A stretch of 64,000 nucleotides of DNA from Camelus ferus. Lineage: Eukaryota. Below are positions 1 to 13,914 of the stretch, one piece after another. The translations under genes were made by a program, and so were the position numbers. The notes under the pieces were generated by a model that saw only the letters and a program-made list of their open reading frames with translations, had not been told where the DNA came from and made no database searches. How positions within the stretch are numbered: the stretch's first letter is position 1; each line of letters opens with the position of its first letter. Location: positions 45,324,001-45,388,000 of the forward strand of contig NC_045696.1 of assembly GCF_009834535.1 (NCBI RefSeq), read 5' to 3'.

Positions 1-1015
1 ATACACTGGAGGGTCATCAATAATGACTTTTTAAATGCTGGTTGATTATTCTGCATTAGAGCAGAAAATTATCAATCTACCATAGAAGGACAATCTATGT
101 GAACTTTGAGAACTGGTTCCCTTAAAGAGTCAGGATTCTGATGACTAAGTTGTTCAAAAACACCAAGGGGCAGCAAGAAATAGGCTGTGATTCATTCAGT
201 GGGTAGCACTACTTCTTGTGACAGTCTACTCCCAAGTCTTCTGTATGGTCAACTGAAAAGTGAGCCAAACCTGGGTCCCTCTGAGGTCTGCACAAATCAC
301 AGAGTACAGCACAAGTTGACTCGTCTTCCAGAGTAGGTCCTAGCTGGGCAATAGTTCTAGGACTGCTTTCTGATTCCATTTTAAAGAATGACCTCTAGCT
401 GACCTATATTCTCCCGAAAGCTTAAATTGGATCTGGCTTCCAACTTCCTTTGCTATCTTAAACCACATAGCTCTCTGCACAGCTGTTTAACAAGTTGTAG
501 ATTCTGTACAGGGTAATGAGTACTAGCAGTTCACACAATAGCTGCTTATATATTTAAATGTAACCTACATATATATATGAAGGTTTCAGTGTGAGTTTAT
601 ACAACCTAGATATATTTTATGAAATGTATTTGATATTAAAAGCCATTTTAGTGTTTCTGTTATTATCTGTTCTCAGAAAAAAAATAAAGAGGAATTTGAA
701 ATAGGTGAAAGCAAGAGATCAAATATTATTTTAATATTCATATTTTCTGAACCTCAAATCAGGGCACACATTAAGAAAATGTAATAATAAGTAAAACCTG
801 AACTCTCAAAAGATACAGATTTTAGGATTTTCATAGATGTCAGGAAACTAAGTTCTCATAACAAGATCTATTAATTTCTCAAAATCCTTAATTGTGGGAC
901 TGACCAGAATTATCCTCCTATCTTTCACCTTGATTACTTTTTGAATCTTTTCTAGTAGACCTTAGTTTTTACAGACATCTGATAATTATTCAAGTCTAAT
1001 AAAAAGCAATAAATA

Positions 1016-1185
1016 TAGATAAACAACAATGTCGTCCTGTGTAGCACAAGGAATTATACTCAATATCCTGTAATAAACTAGAATGGAAAAGAAAATGAAG
1101 AATATATACGTATATAACTGAATTGCTTTGCTATACATCAGAAACTAACAAAACACTGTAAATCAACTATACTTCAATAAGAAAC
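1016..1185 (+). mobile_element. 5'-truncated LINE-1 3' UTR fragment (cetartiodactyl-type)
   Basis: Typical L1 3' end (TAGCACAAGGAATTATACTCAATATC...GTAAATCAACTATACTTCAATAA); exact 13-bp TSD AAAGCAATAAATA at 1003-1015 and 1186-1198. Confidence 0.9.
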
Positions 1186-1274
1186 AAAGCAATAAATAAA
1201 TATTGATTAACGCAAAAAAGGAGGAGCTTATCCAGTAAGCAACAAAGAGTCAGTGAAGGATTTTAATAAAAGGA

Positions 1275-1758
1275 TATTGTGAGACGTCTCTCCACAGGTT
1301 GCTCTCACTTCTGTACAATTTCTGAGCAAAGCTATTGCTAGCTTTTATTCCGAAGTGTCATTTCAAGAGTGTTTGTATGGTAAACAGCCTTGGAAGATGG
1401 AGAAAGTATCTCTTTCCAGATCAAAGATTTGTTTGCTGTCTGAGATAATAAAGATAACATTTCCCTCCAAGGTTAAGGTTGGGCTTACCAACGGACCTTT
1501 TGGAAGATTGAGATTTTCGTAACCTAAGACTCTTAAGATGTAACATGTACTCACTGTGAGCACAGCATCCACTTGGGCATCACCCCATGGGCATTGGGAG
1601 TCAAGGGGAACCAATGAGAACATGCAATAAATGGAATGAAGTCCTTTTTCTCTGACCTAGGAGTCTCATGTCATCTGCTGGCACCTATGAAACTATGGCA
1701 AGCTAACTTAATAGCTTGGAAGCAAAGTAAAATGTCAGACTTTTCATGGTTCTTGACA
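1275..1758 (+). mobile_element. ERVL-class solo LTR (LTR40-like)
   Basis: Ends ...AAAATGTCAGACTTTTCATGGTTCTTGACA; internal AATAAA ~1626; AAAGG on both flanks; family name from recalled consensus. Confidence 0.7.
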
Positions 1759-2441
1759 AAAGGTGACATTGTCATTGGTCATATACTACAATTCCACCAT
1801 TCTTGGGTATGACACATATGTCTGTGATTCAAACTGAGTAGCTCTAGAAGGAATCATAAGGAAGATCATGACTAACCGGAGAAATGGGATTAAAAATCAT
1901 GTGAATGGTCTACTTCCTAGTCAACTATGGCAACATACTTTAACTGAAGACAGTGTCTCACATTTCACATTCTCCTCAAAGCAATATATAAATGCGAGAG
2001 TGCCGCTGATGGTGGTCTTGAAAGGTAATGAGAGGGGCATTACCCAGCTAAATGCTGCCATGGGCACAACAATTACATCCTCTGCTTTCCTAAACTCTGG
2101 GTGTTCTTTCAGTGGCTTACAGCACCCATTGACATTTCCTGTCCTGGACTATAATTTTATGTTGCCATTATGGTTCTCTTACCCTGAATGTTAAATTTTT
2201 CTAAATACAGCAAGGAAGATATATCAAAGCATGGTGGCTTCGCAGTTAAAACACTGAACCTAAATTCAGGAAACTGAGCCCTATCTTGTCCATCTCTGGC
2301 ATCATCAGATATGGACACATATTTCTCTGTGCCTTAAAATAATGGAGATTTTAGTGTAAGGGTAAATGCAGGATAATAGTTGAAAATAGATACATAATTG
2401 AAATGAATAAACTACTTGGCAACTCAGAGGAAATGCTTGAG

Positions 2442-2758
2442 CTATGCTGTCAATACAGCAGCCACTAGTCACATATGGATATCAAGTACTCCAAGTGTGG
2501 CTACTCCAAGTTGTGACATGCCATACGTATGAAAAATGCACACTGGATTTTGAAAACTGAGTGCAAAATAAAATGTAAATACTCATCAATACACTGTATT
2601 TTGATTATATGTTGAAATGATAATATTTTAGATACCCTGGAGTAAATACAGTCTTAAAATTAATTTTACTTAGTTTTTTTTAAACTTTTTTCTCATGGCT
2701 ATTAGAAATGTAAGGATTATGTGATTTTTATTTATTCCATTGCTATTGGACAGTGCTG
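2442..2758 (-). mobile_element. MER33-like hAT-Charlie MITE
   Basis: Terminal inverted repeats CTATGCTGTC-AATA ... TATTGGACAGTGCTG; ~320 bp; internal GCCACTAGTCACAT and GTTGAAATGATAATATTTT motifs. Confidence 0.85.
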
Positions 2759-3724
2759 TGTTAGACTATTCCTTGTCCTCTACCTTAGCAATGTGAACAG
2801 CGTGGGCCAATAGGAATCTTAGGGCTGATCCTGTAGGTTTAAACTAAATGGTGCTAACTGTTACACAACAGATGAAAACTTTAATTCACTTGAAGGCTTT
2901 TAAATAGACCACAAGTTTCTTGAGAGCAAAGTTTCATGTACTGTCATAACCTTTTCTTTTCCCTAGTGACACACGCAGTCCCTCAGTTAGCTCAATGATT
3001 TTTACCAGTTGAATGAATTTTAAGGAAATCTAGAAAAAAAGAAATATTGCAAGTGTAGTGGTTCAGTATATGAAGAGATTGTACGTGTTAATTCTGAACA
3101 AGATGCCCGTGTACCGTTTTTCTTAGCAGTCATTTATATTCTTCATTTAAGAATGCAGTCTCACTGTGCAATTTATCTTCCAATAGGTCTCACTGCCTCT
3201 CTAGAGATCTAGGCTGGAAATGCTTATTTTTCCAACACATATCTTCTTCATTTAGAACACACAGAGCAGTCATGGGGGTTAATCAAAGAGGGAATCACTT
3301 GTGCACAGCTGAGTAAGTCGGTAGATACATAGGCCATGGAGTTTTCAAATTATCTGGAGATCATGGCCTTAAAAAAGCATTCAATATTTTGTGTGTGCAG
3401 AGACAAAGAAAGTCCTAATAGAAAGGACAGAGCCAGCAGAATCTCCACAATGTCTGTGCAGTCTCCACATTATCACTTCATCGGATGGTAGGGAGTGTGA
3501 TACAGTGAACAGGGAGAGATGTCCCCAGAACGTAAGGTCCATGACCATTATTAGCACTCATGCCTGTTGCAGCAGAAATGAATCACTGGTATATGAAACT
3601 GACAGGAATAAAGGAACCAGCAGTATTCTAAGACATACAAAGGATGCTTCGTGTGTATTTTATTAGGTACAATTAATATTGATGCCGATAGATGAAGGAT
3701 GATTGCCACATATTGCTCACATTA

Positions 3725-3945
3725 TAACTAATAATATAGTGTACTTACCCTGTGTTAGGTAATTTTTATTGTAAATTACAGAAACTTTGAAGGGGAGGTG
3801 TTATCTTTGTTTTATAATTTCAAATAAACTAAGTTTGAGAGAGTTGCCTAGGGATAACATAATGCTCGTCAGTGGAAGAGCCAGAACTTGAACCCAAGTG
3901 TAGTCTAACTCCAAAATCCACCTCTTTCTATTAAACCAATGCCAC
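3725..3945 (-). mobile_element. MIR SINE
   Basis: Degenerate MIR core and head (GAGCCAGAACTTGAACCCAAG...CTAACTCCAAAATCC). Confidence 0.7.
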
Positions 3946-4009
3946 CTTCTCTCCAATGTAACAGTGGCATTAGGATGATAATGAGAGAGGAAGAACAGAG
4001 GTTTAGCAG

Positions 4010-4195
4010 CCTTGTCCTTACTATCCTTCTGTCTTTCCTGCCTTCCTCCATCTCTCCTTATTTCTTCATCCTTCCTTTACTTCTATTGTGCCCCCATCCG
4101 CCTTCCCCTCACTCTTTTCTTTCTTTCTCTCTGTTACAGCTCTTCCTTTCTTTTCTTAGTTCTACTTATTTTTCCTCTCCTCTTGTCCAGTTTAT
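4010..4195. repeat. C/T-rich low-complexity tract
   Basis: Almost pure pyrimidine run; explains the Leu/Ser/Phe/Pro-rich ORFs 3939-4202 and 4012-4290. Confidence 0.8.
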
Positions 4196-4366
4196 TACCT
4201 AAGCTGCAGTCCTGCCAATGCCCTCGGAGAAAACTGCTACGTGATAAAGTCTGGCTATTGGAGAAATGTAAAGGCAACTGCAATAGCTGAAGAGCCAAAC
4301 CAAGCCCAAAGTTTCTTTAGACTCGAAGATAATTCTTCAACCAAATACCACAAATATTCCACTAGC

Positions 4367-4520
4367 TTAGAATATCAGAATGGTGGAGCTGGAAGGAAAC
4401 CTAATGCTTCCCTAGCCTGACAGCCTCATTGTGTGCTGAAGGGAACTCTAGCCAAGAGCAGCTAAGGGGCTTCCCAAAGTGACCAAGATTAGTGGGGAAG
4501 CCAGAACTGGGATCCTGGAA
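4367..4520 (-). mobile_element. MIR3/MIRc-like SINE fragment
   Basis: TTAGAATATCAGAATGGTGGAGCTGGAAGGAAACC tail followed by degenerate core. Confidence 0.5.
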
Positions 4521-5124
4521 TTCTTTCTTTAGTTTCTAGGAGGGTGCGTGGAAAATGAAGTAGGAATGTGAAAGTGCAAACCTATTGACTCACATTGAGT
4601 GAGTTCTGAAAAGGTGAAGTTCATTTCCTCTACACAAAGTTGTTGAGAAGATACGTGAGACAATGCCTGTAAAAGTGCTCAGAGCTCTGAAAGAGAAAGG
4701 ACTGACTTAAATGTGAGGCAACACTTATTGGCTGAATACTAAAGAACAACCTTTCATAGCGTAAAGCAAAGCCTGAAGAAAGGGATTGTTGGACCATAGA
4801 CCATTTTATGCTGCTGAACCCAATATGACAAGATCTTTCTTTATAAGTAAGCAAGTACTGAATGGATGCCAAAGAGTTGTGTGTCTTACCATTGTTCCTG
4901 TTAAAAACAGAAACAAAGCCAAAAAAAAACCTCTTCTAGGTAAGTATATAGGGTAGTACCTGGTTCCCTGCAAATACAGTAGACAGACGCATTATTTCTC
5001 TTCCTCTATCTGGTTCCGCAGCTGGCCCTAAAATAAAGCTTATTGCTGCAATCTAATTGGACTCACTTTAGGTTCATCTTTTTATTCCCATGTGCACTTT
5101 GCTTGAGGGAGTAGCTCATTTCAG

Positions 5125-5400
5125 AAGAAAGAAGTCTGGACTAAGAGACTCCTGTCTCTTCGCAGATCTTATACTTGGTTGTAACTCTAACTAGCCAAGT
5201 GATTTGTACAAAATGTAGAACCATTTGCTTCTCCACTTTCTCATCTGTAAGATGAGGATTTTTATTATAAATGAGAGAAACTTTGGAGGGGAGAAGTTAT
5301 CGATCTTCAGAAGTAACTATTATCTGAGATAATACACATGTATTAGTTTGCTCAGAGTCTGGAACATTGTGAGGTTCTATAAATAGCAGCTATTATTATT
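5125..5400 (+). mobile_element. MIR SINE
   Basis: Core TTTCTCATCTGTAAGATGAGGAT and tail ATAAATAGCAGCTATTATTATT. Confidence 0.7.
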
Positions 5401-7212
5401 TTTATTTGGATAAAAGTTTGTCTTGAGGTGTTAGGATTTAGACTGTCAATATTTCTGCCTTTTAAAAAGAAGCCTCAGAAAATTGTGTTTATCACTCAGC
5501 AGATCAAAGCTCTGTGAACTGGAATTGTGTTTCACAAGAACAGATTGATGCCTCACACACAGATGTCTTTCCCCATCCCCAAACCAACAGGGTAAAATGT
5601 TTTACAGATTGGATGTTTGGCACAGAGCAGAATTCTGAAATAAAACTACTTTTGTTTTCCCTTTTTTTTTTTTTAAAGTATTTAAAGAGAATTGCAACCT
5701 TGGTTATTTATTTTCTTCCATGTGAAGAAAAAAAAAGAGCACATCTGTTTGCAATAGTGGACTGAAAGGTTTAAAAATAAATATGCTTTAAAGAAAAGAA
5801 ATGAAACTTTGTTGGCACTCTAAATCCAATCGACAGAGGGAAAATGTTTGTTCTAGAGATGTTTGGCTTCTTTTAAAAAAGGAAAAAAAGAGCAAATAAT
5901 GTAGAATTATACAGTTCCAGTTAAGTGGTTCACCACATAAAAATGTGTTATTTTTACTCATCTGGTAAATAGTTTTAACCGTGACATAATGTCTTAACAT
6001 TTACATTTCAATTCTGAATATACCCTGCATCTGTCATTTTCTCTAAGAAGAGGCTGATGAGATATAAAAATGATTTCCGTACTTTCATAATCTGTAATTA
6101 GAAAGCAAAAAGCCAAAGTACAAGTAAAATATCTGTAATTTGTGTTGGCTGTGATCTTAGGAAATTCAGTTGCCCACTATGGTGAAAAGTACTATATTTA
6201 GATAGATGTTTTGGATTGTGTTGTCCATTTTTTCACTTCATATAAAAAATAAAAATCATCCATCATGCTTATAAATACTGCTGTGACCATTTCATAGAGA
6301 AAGGAACAATCCTGCCAAAAGACTTACATGGCAGTTGTCTGTTGGGAAGCCCAGATAAACTAAGACTAGGGAGGGGACAGTGGCAGGGGAGTGATTAGGG
6401 TTGACAAGTAAAAAGGAGCTTAGAAGAACTGGAATAGAAAACAGAAGGAGTTGATAAATATGGAAGGGCTGCTGGGGTATCTTGAAAGACAAACATTGGT
6501 TGCTCAGAAGCAGTTGAGCCAGAAAATCCTTGAAAATGAGCTACTGAAAGGAATTTGTTTAGGCCAAAAGGAGCCCCTGTTAAGAGAGTTAGGTTAAGGA
6601 GGATTTGTATAGGTGAGAACACTGGCTTGCTAGTTACAATCCATCCCAAAAAAGGACATTCACAGGAAAAAAAGCAGTGTCTGGCCTCCTGGGTGAGTCC
6701 AGGAAGTCAGACAGACTATTCTATGGGAATCAAAGGCGTACCTTAAATGTTGACTTGGGGTTAAATCTAAATAACTGATTACTATGTTAAACAAATGACT
6801 ACTGAATGTAGTTTGAACCTGAGATTTTTATATACTTAGTTAAACAGATAGTATTCACGCTGGAAATGGTGTTTTGAGTAATGTCAGTATGAAATGTCAG
6901 TAAGATAAATATAAAAATTGAGCCATTGAGTAGTGGACTTAAGTCAGACTTTATACTTTCATTTTACCTATCTGGAAATGGGCAAACGCATTATATTTCA
7001 TACACATTGCATATATAAATATGCCTGAGAATACAAAGCCTTTGTCTTACAGAGTACCTGAGGAAGTCTTATAAATAGCTCTTGGCATTGCCTGATATTC
7101 CACTTTTCTACTTTCTTCACTAATTGAAATTTACAGGTGTCATATTCCCTTGATCTTGCAATATGATAAACAAGATACTTAAAAATATTATTTGTGAAAC
7201 TGTGTCCCATAG

Positions 7213-7783
7213 GGTTATCAGAAGCTCATAACAAACTGAAATTATTAAACTTGCCTTAAAGAACAACAGATAAGGGAACAGTTTGTTAAAATCACTTTGC
7301 TTGTAAACTGCCCTCACCGATTAAAGTTTGCTTTTTTTGCTTTCTTTTTCCCTCTCTTTAAGTACATACCTTCCCAGCTTCATGCAACCCAGTTGTTTCA
7401 CAGGAACATGGAGTCAGCTCCAGCTCAGAACCGATGGCTAAGGCTGGTTGGGACCAAGGAATAAGCCGGTTGACATCAGAGGTGCGGAAGACTTCACCCT
7501 CAGATTACGCCAAGTGCCTCCGTTTCCAACGTGCAGAAATGTAACCAAGATGTACCTGAGCAGAACACAAATTACCTCACCTTTTTCCCTCCTTCCAATC
7601 ACTTTCCCTGCGCCTAAGACACCCTGCTTACCCCATAAATATCCTAACCCCCTTGCCTTCCAGGAGGAAGATCTGAGTCTTGTTCTTTCTTGGCTGCATT
7701 GTGAATGAACTCCTTTTTGGCTGTAAACCTTGGCATCTCAGGGTTTGGCCTGCTGTGCATCAAATGGACCTGGCTCGGTAATG
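7213..7783 (+). mobile_element. ERV1-class solo LTR
   Basis: GC-richer block with TATA-like CATAAATA (~7634), degenerate polyA signal and U5-like end ...GGACCTGGCTCGGTAA; 5' boundary approximate. Confidence 0.65.
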
Positions 7784-8049
7784 TTTGGAGTAGGTCAGTG
7801 CCCTCCCTCAAGGCCATGAGTTTCTTCCTTTTGATTCTGGAAATCAATCTTTATTTGTTTCACTTCTACCCCTTTGATTCCTTCTTCTCAGTATGTTCTG
7901 GGGAGAATCTACTCAGCTGTAACATATCTACTCTAATTAAATGGTCGAATAGCGTTCTGTCTGATTCCCACCTGGGAAATGGCACCAGCGTTAGCTGCTT
8001 GCTCCTGCCAGACACCTGGGTGCCAGCTTTGTAACCCCTTTCTTCTCCA

Positions 8050-8915
8050 TATTTACCCAATCACCAAAGCCTGTTAAGGATCTTCCAGTATAGACCCTGA
8101 ATCTGTCAATTTTTCCTTTTTATCTGCTGCTGCTTCCTTAATCTAAGCTACCAAGATTTCTTATCCTGATTTCTTCAAGAACCTCCTAATGGTATAACTT
8201 CACTTTTTTTCTGCTTCTAGTCTATTCCCCAAAAGTAGAAAACTTTCTTAAAAAGACAAATCTAATCTGATTAGTCTGTCACTTAAAACTCTTCTATATT
8301 TCCCCCGGCTCTTAGATGACAGTTCTATTGGATTTACTATAAAACTAACAGTCCTTATTGTGGTTCTAAAGCCCTGAGTGACCTCTTCCTAGTTTACCTT
8401 GCAGCCCTCATATCCAGAATCTCCCACTTTCTCACTAGTGTTTCATCCTTAGGGATCAATTTTTGATTGTTCAAATCTCCAGGTTCTTCTTGCATTATAC
8501 GAATGACTCATGTTTAACCCTCTGCTTCTACCTGTTTGCCCTTAACATGACAAATTCCTCCCCTTTCTTTATAGTTAATTTTAAAGATAACTTTCTCAGA
8601 GAAACTTCACTGTCCATCCACACCAATTTAAGGTTTTATTTTTTCAGTATAGCTAAGTAGTTAGCATCATTCCTTATATAATAATTATATTGAAATAATT
8701 AACTGGAATAATTTGTTTAATTTCTGTCTCCCTCACTAGAGTCTGCATTAAGAATTTAGTCCCCGATTTCCTAAATTCTGTATCTCTCTTTATCTCTACT
8801 ATATACTCAGTATTCCATTTTCATTACTATATCTGGCATCATAGCTTTTTGTAGAAGGTCTCAATAAACGACTTTTAAATTAGTAGATGAATGTATAAAT
8901 GAATGCATGAATGAG
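8050..8915 (+). mobile_element. LINE-2 3' region
   Basis: L2 motifs (CTTAAAACTCTTC, TCTGTCTCCCTCACTAGA) and terminal (TGAA)n-like tail. Confidence 0.75.
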
Positions 8916-9062
8916 TAAAACTATCCTCAGAATGCCTAAAAACACGATAGGCTGAGAGTTTCAAAACACAGAGTCTTACTCATTCCTAAGTGTGAATAAC
9001 CAGGGTAATGGAATCACATTCATTGTATTGTTTGGTTACCTGTAAGATCAAAAAAAGTCTTT

Positions 9063-9945
9063 GACATTTCTCCAAAGAAGACATACCAATGGCTGATAGG
9101 CACATGAAAAAGTGCTCAGTATCACTAATTATCAGAGAAATGCAAATCAAAACTGCAATGAGGTATCACCTCACACCAGTCAGAATGGTCATCATTAAAA
9201 AGTCCACAAAAGACAAATGTTGGAGAGGGTATGGAGCAAAGGGAACCCTCCTACACTCTTGGTGGGAATGTAATTTGGTGCAGTCACTATGGGAAATAGT
9301 ATGGAGATTCCTTAAAAAATTAAAAATAAAGTTACCATAACATCCAGCAATCCCACTCCTGGGCATACATCCAGAAAAAACTCTAATTGGAAAAGATACA
9401 TGCCCCTAATGTTCACAGCAGCACTATTTACAATAGCGAAGACATGGAAACAACCTAAGTGTCCATCGACAGATGGCTGGATAAAGAAGTTGTGATATAC
9501 ACACACACACACACAAACAATGGAATACTTCTCAGCTGTAAAGAAAATGAAATAAAGCCACTTGTAGCAACATAGATGGACCTAGAGATTATACTAAGTT
9601 ACATAATTCAGAAAAATACCACATGATATTACTTACATGTGAAATCTAACAAAAAATGATACAAATGAACTTATTTACAAATCAGAAAGAGATTCACAGA
9701 CATAAAAATCAAACTTATGGTCACCGAGGGGTGGGGAGGGATAAATAAGCAGTGTGGGATTAGCAGATACAAACTACTATATATAAAATAGATAAAACAA
9801 CAAGGTCCTACTGTATAGCACAGGAAACTATACTCAGTATCTTGTAATAACCTATAAAGAAAAAGAATATGAAAAAGAATATATATGTATAACTCAATCA
9901 CTACACTGTACACAGGAAACTAAATCAGCTATACTTCAAAAAAAA
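9063..9945 (+). mobile_element. 5'-truncated LINE-1: ORF2 C-terminus plus 3' UTR
   Basis: ORF 9089-9340 ([29 protein letters not shown]...CWRGY...LLHSWWEC) is the L1 ORF2 Cys-rich domain; 3' UTR and A-tail; degenerate TSD AAAAAAAGTCTTTGA / AAAAAAAATTTTTGA. Confidence 0.95.
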
Positions 9946-12900
9946 TTTTTGATTATCAACTAAATTAGTACTCTCTTACTTTATCAGCAACAGAGGAACA
10001 CAACCTTTGGAAAGTAATTTGGCAATAAGTATTAAGAAATGTGCAAATAAAACACAGGCACAATAACCCTACTGATAAGCCTCCTTATAAGAATGAAATA
10101 GATCATGGCACATTTATCAATCCCATGAAATGAAAATAAATAATTCAAACACATGTATATATACACACACATGTGCTGTGATTATAAATTTAGAAAATAT
10201 GCATATAAAACATGCACAAATATGTTTACACAAAGAATTATAGTTGATTGATTAAGATGGCGAAGAGGTTATGGGAAATTATTTCATCCCATTTGCTGAA
10301 CTGCAATATTATTTTATTTCTACAATTAGGTCTCTTTTCTAATTTTTTGTTTACCTTTTCACTTGGTAGTTCAGTATTATCTGTCTTCAACTTTAATTTC
10401 TTTCAACTTCTTAAGTCACATGGCAGAAAAGGGAATTTATTAATTGGTCTCTATTCTAACAAGCATCATCTACTGCAATTCACTGATACCACAGCACGCA
10501 CTACCCTACAGTGTAGTAAATTCTTGTGAAAGCATGTGGAGACACACTAAAAAGGAATGTTTTGTGCCCTCTACATAATAAGAATAAAAAAAAATTGTCA
10601 GATAGGAAACTTTTTTACAAGGATTAAGGATCTTGGCTAAGATGGCAGAAGATTTTCTAAGGAATTTTGAGTATCTTCATTTTACATTTTCTTTTTTCTT
10701 AATATCAACGCTTTTCAGGATATTTTTTGAAAAAGTTGAGAATTTGATGAGTCCATACAATGTGATGGATTAGGACTGACATAATAAGGACACATGAGAC
10801 AGAACTGCCCAGAACTTTTCATTTCCCTTTAAGTGGGAAATTTTTTTCCTCCAAACTCAGAAATACTCTTGTCCCCCTTTAACAGAAAATTGAAGCCAAC
10901 TCTGAGATTTAAATCCAAATGCTTATACTAACACAGGAACCAGGAAAAAAAGCATTTAAAAATTCAAGACAGAGGAATGTCTTTCACTTGCTTCCTAGAC
11001 ATTGATGACTCAGGCAGAATTTTGCATTAAGAAAATTTAAAGGTCATGTTTAGCATTCTGATTTAACAGGGCAGTTTCTCTTTAGAGATACTTTTTAACA
11101 AACATTTGAATCGAAACTTCTTGCTTAAAATCTTCTATTAAATTCTGATGGCAATTTTCACAAAAGTGAGAGATTGATAACTATTTTGGTTTTGCTTTTT
11201 ATGGTTTGCTTTTTCACTGACATAATTTCCAGGAAATATCAGGCTCTTGTCCTTCTCATTTTTCAGTCTGCCCCAAGGTAGATTTTTGTTGTTGTTGTTC
11301 TTTAAGTATTCATCAGCTTAAAATGTTAAGAAAATTATTCATAGCTTCTTGGAAATTTTTTTCTCTTCTTATTCTCATCAGATACAGCCAGGAATTCTTG
11401 GGAAGTGCCTGCTGCAGCCAGATTGGCTCTAAAGGGGGCACATTTGCTGCTGTGGTGGGCCTCCAGTCTCCCGAATAGTTTGTTTAGGACAAGTTTATCC
11501 ACTCTCAGCCCAACAGCTGTTACCAAGAGGAGGAGCGTAACATTTATGTACTTAGCGTATGTAAGAGCAGGAGCTCGCTGGTGTATGTGAGACTTTAATG
11601 GAACACATTTATTTGGATTTACAGTGACATATTTTCTTAAACGGCCGGTTCAGCACACTCAGTAGAGTCCTAGTTCTGCAGTGCACAGCACAGGTTCCAT
11701 CCTCCAGCACAGTGCCTGGAGCACACGGGGCTCTTACTGACACTCCTAAGGTGAACAGCGGGATTTTATAAAATTCAGAGCTGACACTTCTCAAGCAGAG
11801 GCACAATGATTCTTTACACGGAGAGAGTCTATGATTACCCACAGCGGTGAAATTTCTGGATTTAGATTAGAAATTGTATTATGAACTGCCTCCAGACAGG
11901 TGAAGCAGCTTTAATCAGTCAGGCCAGATGCTTCCCTCCCAGGGGAATAGCTGCTGAACAAGTGACAAAAAGTTCATTTCCCAGGCTAGCGTCTTCTGTG
12001 TCATATGAACCTCAATATATGTTTTTTCATTATCTAGTTGTGTAGCGAACAAGAGTGCTACTGAGGGAATATACCAAAGCTAAGCCCAAGAACAAAAGGT
12101 TATTTGGCAGCATTCGGTATCATAAACATAAATTCTTTATCAAAAAAAAAAAGTTTAAAAATAATTTCTGTGAGAAAATTTGTGAATTCAAATGACTTTA
12201 TAATTACTTTTCAACATAAAAAAATAACTTTTTAGCATGACAATTGAATCTGTCCTTAAACCAGTGACATATTTTATATATTTTCTTGAGACATTTTACA
12301 AATTTTCAGACTTTTTCTTATATAGTCAGAACTCTAATAAAAACACAAACACTCCAGGTGTCCCAGTATTTGCTTACAAATTATAAATGGGGAAAAATTA
12401 TAAACAAAAGAACAATGAGGCTAACTGGTACTTGCATAAAATAGTTTCACATGACAAAGGCCTCAGAAGATTTCAAAGCCTGCTTTCTGTGCTTATATGT
12501 GAACATTTTGAAACAAAACTTTCTAAATAAAGTAGAAATGTTTTTCTTTTTAAAAATGTTAAGTTACAGTTTTGTGTGAGGAAAATCACTATATATTTTT
12601 CCAACTCACAGGCAAAACATCAAAGTTAAGTTTTGTTTTTCCCCTTGACCCTTAAACATGTGGGTATAGTTTTGGGGTATGAAATTTCTCATCCTCAAAG
12701 TCAGATACAAGGTCTCCTAAGATGGAAGGAAAGGAATAACCAATGTTGGTGTATATTTTATGACCTTAATGTAGGGTTTTGTTTGTTTATTGTATTTTAC
12801 TTTGTTTTTCCAATTTTATCACTAGAGTATACATTTGCAGTAAGGAGGTATCTGAACTCTGAACCACTCTGGTAGTATATGTTAACCACTTGTTAATTAT

Positions 12901-13159
12901 ACAGAAAATTGAAAGGAACAGTTGAGAAATATGTTTTAAATTAATGCTTAGAATTTAGAATAATACATCCTTTACTTCATCTCTCAATAGCTAGCACACA
13001 CTCTTAAATGTACAGATTTCTTTCTCACCCTTTTCTCAAGATTTTCCACCACTAGACAAGGACACACTCAGAAGGAACAATAGCTTGTACATTTAGCAAG
13101 CTAACCCAATGAGGTTAAAACTGCTTTAAACACAATTCTGAGAAAAACAAAAAGTTGTC

Positions 13160-13512
13160 AGTTTTGATCTACTGTTCATATTCTGCCATCAAGTAGCTGT
13201 GTCATTTTAGGCAAGCTACTTAGATGTTCTGGGACTTAGTTTTTTCATCTGCGAGTAGGGTGCTGGACTAAATAACTTTTTTCAAAACTTCATATTTTCA
13301 GGGAAGGAAGTAGAGTTATACAATATACAACTGGCCAAATCAGGATTTTCACCATTGGAAGGATTCCATGGGTTGGGAGGTATAAAATGCAGCTTTTTAA
13401 ATCTTTCAGTTCTCCAGTCACTGTGACTTGAGGGATTTCTTTGGATTCTAATTTGAAAAATACTGGACCAGACAGTCTCCAAGACCCTTTGTACCTCTAA
13501 TATTTTGTCATT
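13160..13512 (+). mobile_element. MIR3-like SINE interrupted by a DNA transposon
   Basis: Core TTAGTTTTTTCATCTG then GGACTAAA; tail resumes GACCAGACAGTCTCCAAGACCC after 13465. Confidence 0.55.
13274..13465. mobile_element. Old hAT-Charlie MITE (~190 bp, MER5/MER102-type termini)
   Basis: Degenerate TIRs AACTTTTTTCAAA ... TTTGAAAAATACTG; 8-bp TSD-like GACTAAAT / GACCAGAC. Confidence 0.45.
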
Positions 13513-13914
13513 ATAGATGCTGTTCTGGAGGGATTTAAGAATTTAGAATTTTGAGCTCAAGTAGATTTTAGGATTTATTTAGTTCAATGTCCTCATTTTG
13601 AAGATATTAAAACTAAGAGACATCTTACCAAGTTTCCAGAAGGTATACTGCTAACCTGGGCATCTTCAAACTACACGGCACTCATATGAACCACAACTGG
13701 TTCCCTAGGAAAACTGGACTGTGGCTGAAAGTGACTGTGCTCACTTACCTACAGAAACCGTTCAAGCTGGTTTCCCTAGGCTTGCATTTAGAATTATGTT
13801 GAGGTCTTTAACATGGAGGGTAAGTCTGAGAGATCTGATCAGGACAGGGGTATCCCCCCTGAAAAACTTGAAGAAAGATTTATCCTGTGGCTCCTCTGAG
13901 ATTTTGGCTCAGTT

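Noticed and set aside
3939..4290. Hydrophobic, membrane-protein-like ORFs
   Set aside because: Artefact of a C/T-rich low-complexity tract.
6330..6750. Purine-rich block that may be an old LTR
   Set aside because: Could not identify termini, TSD or a family with any confidence.
9089..9340. Protein-like ORFs at 9089, 30584 and 47951
   Set aside because: Fragments of L1 ORF2 within truncated, stop- and frameshift-ridden elements, not host genes.
11382..11560. Possible plus-strand exon (pyrimidine tract + CAG at 11379-11381, TAT|GTAAGA donor)
   Set aside because: Weak donor, unrecognised peptide and opposite to the inferred host orientation; not supportable without transcript data.
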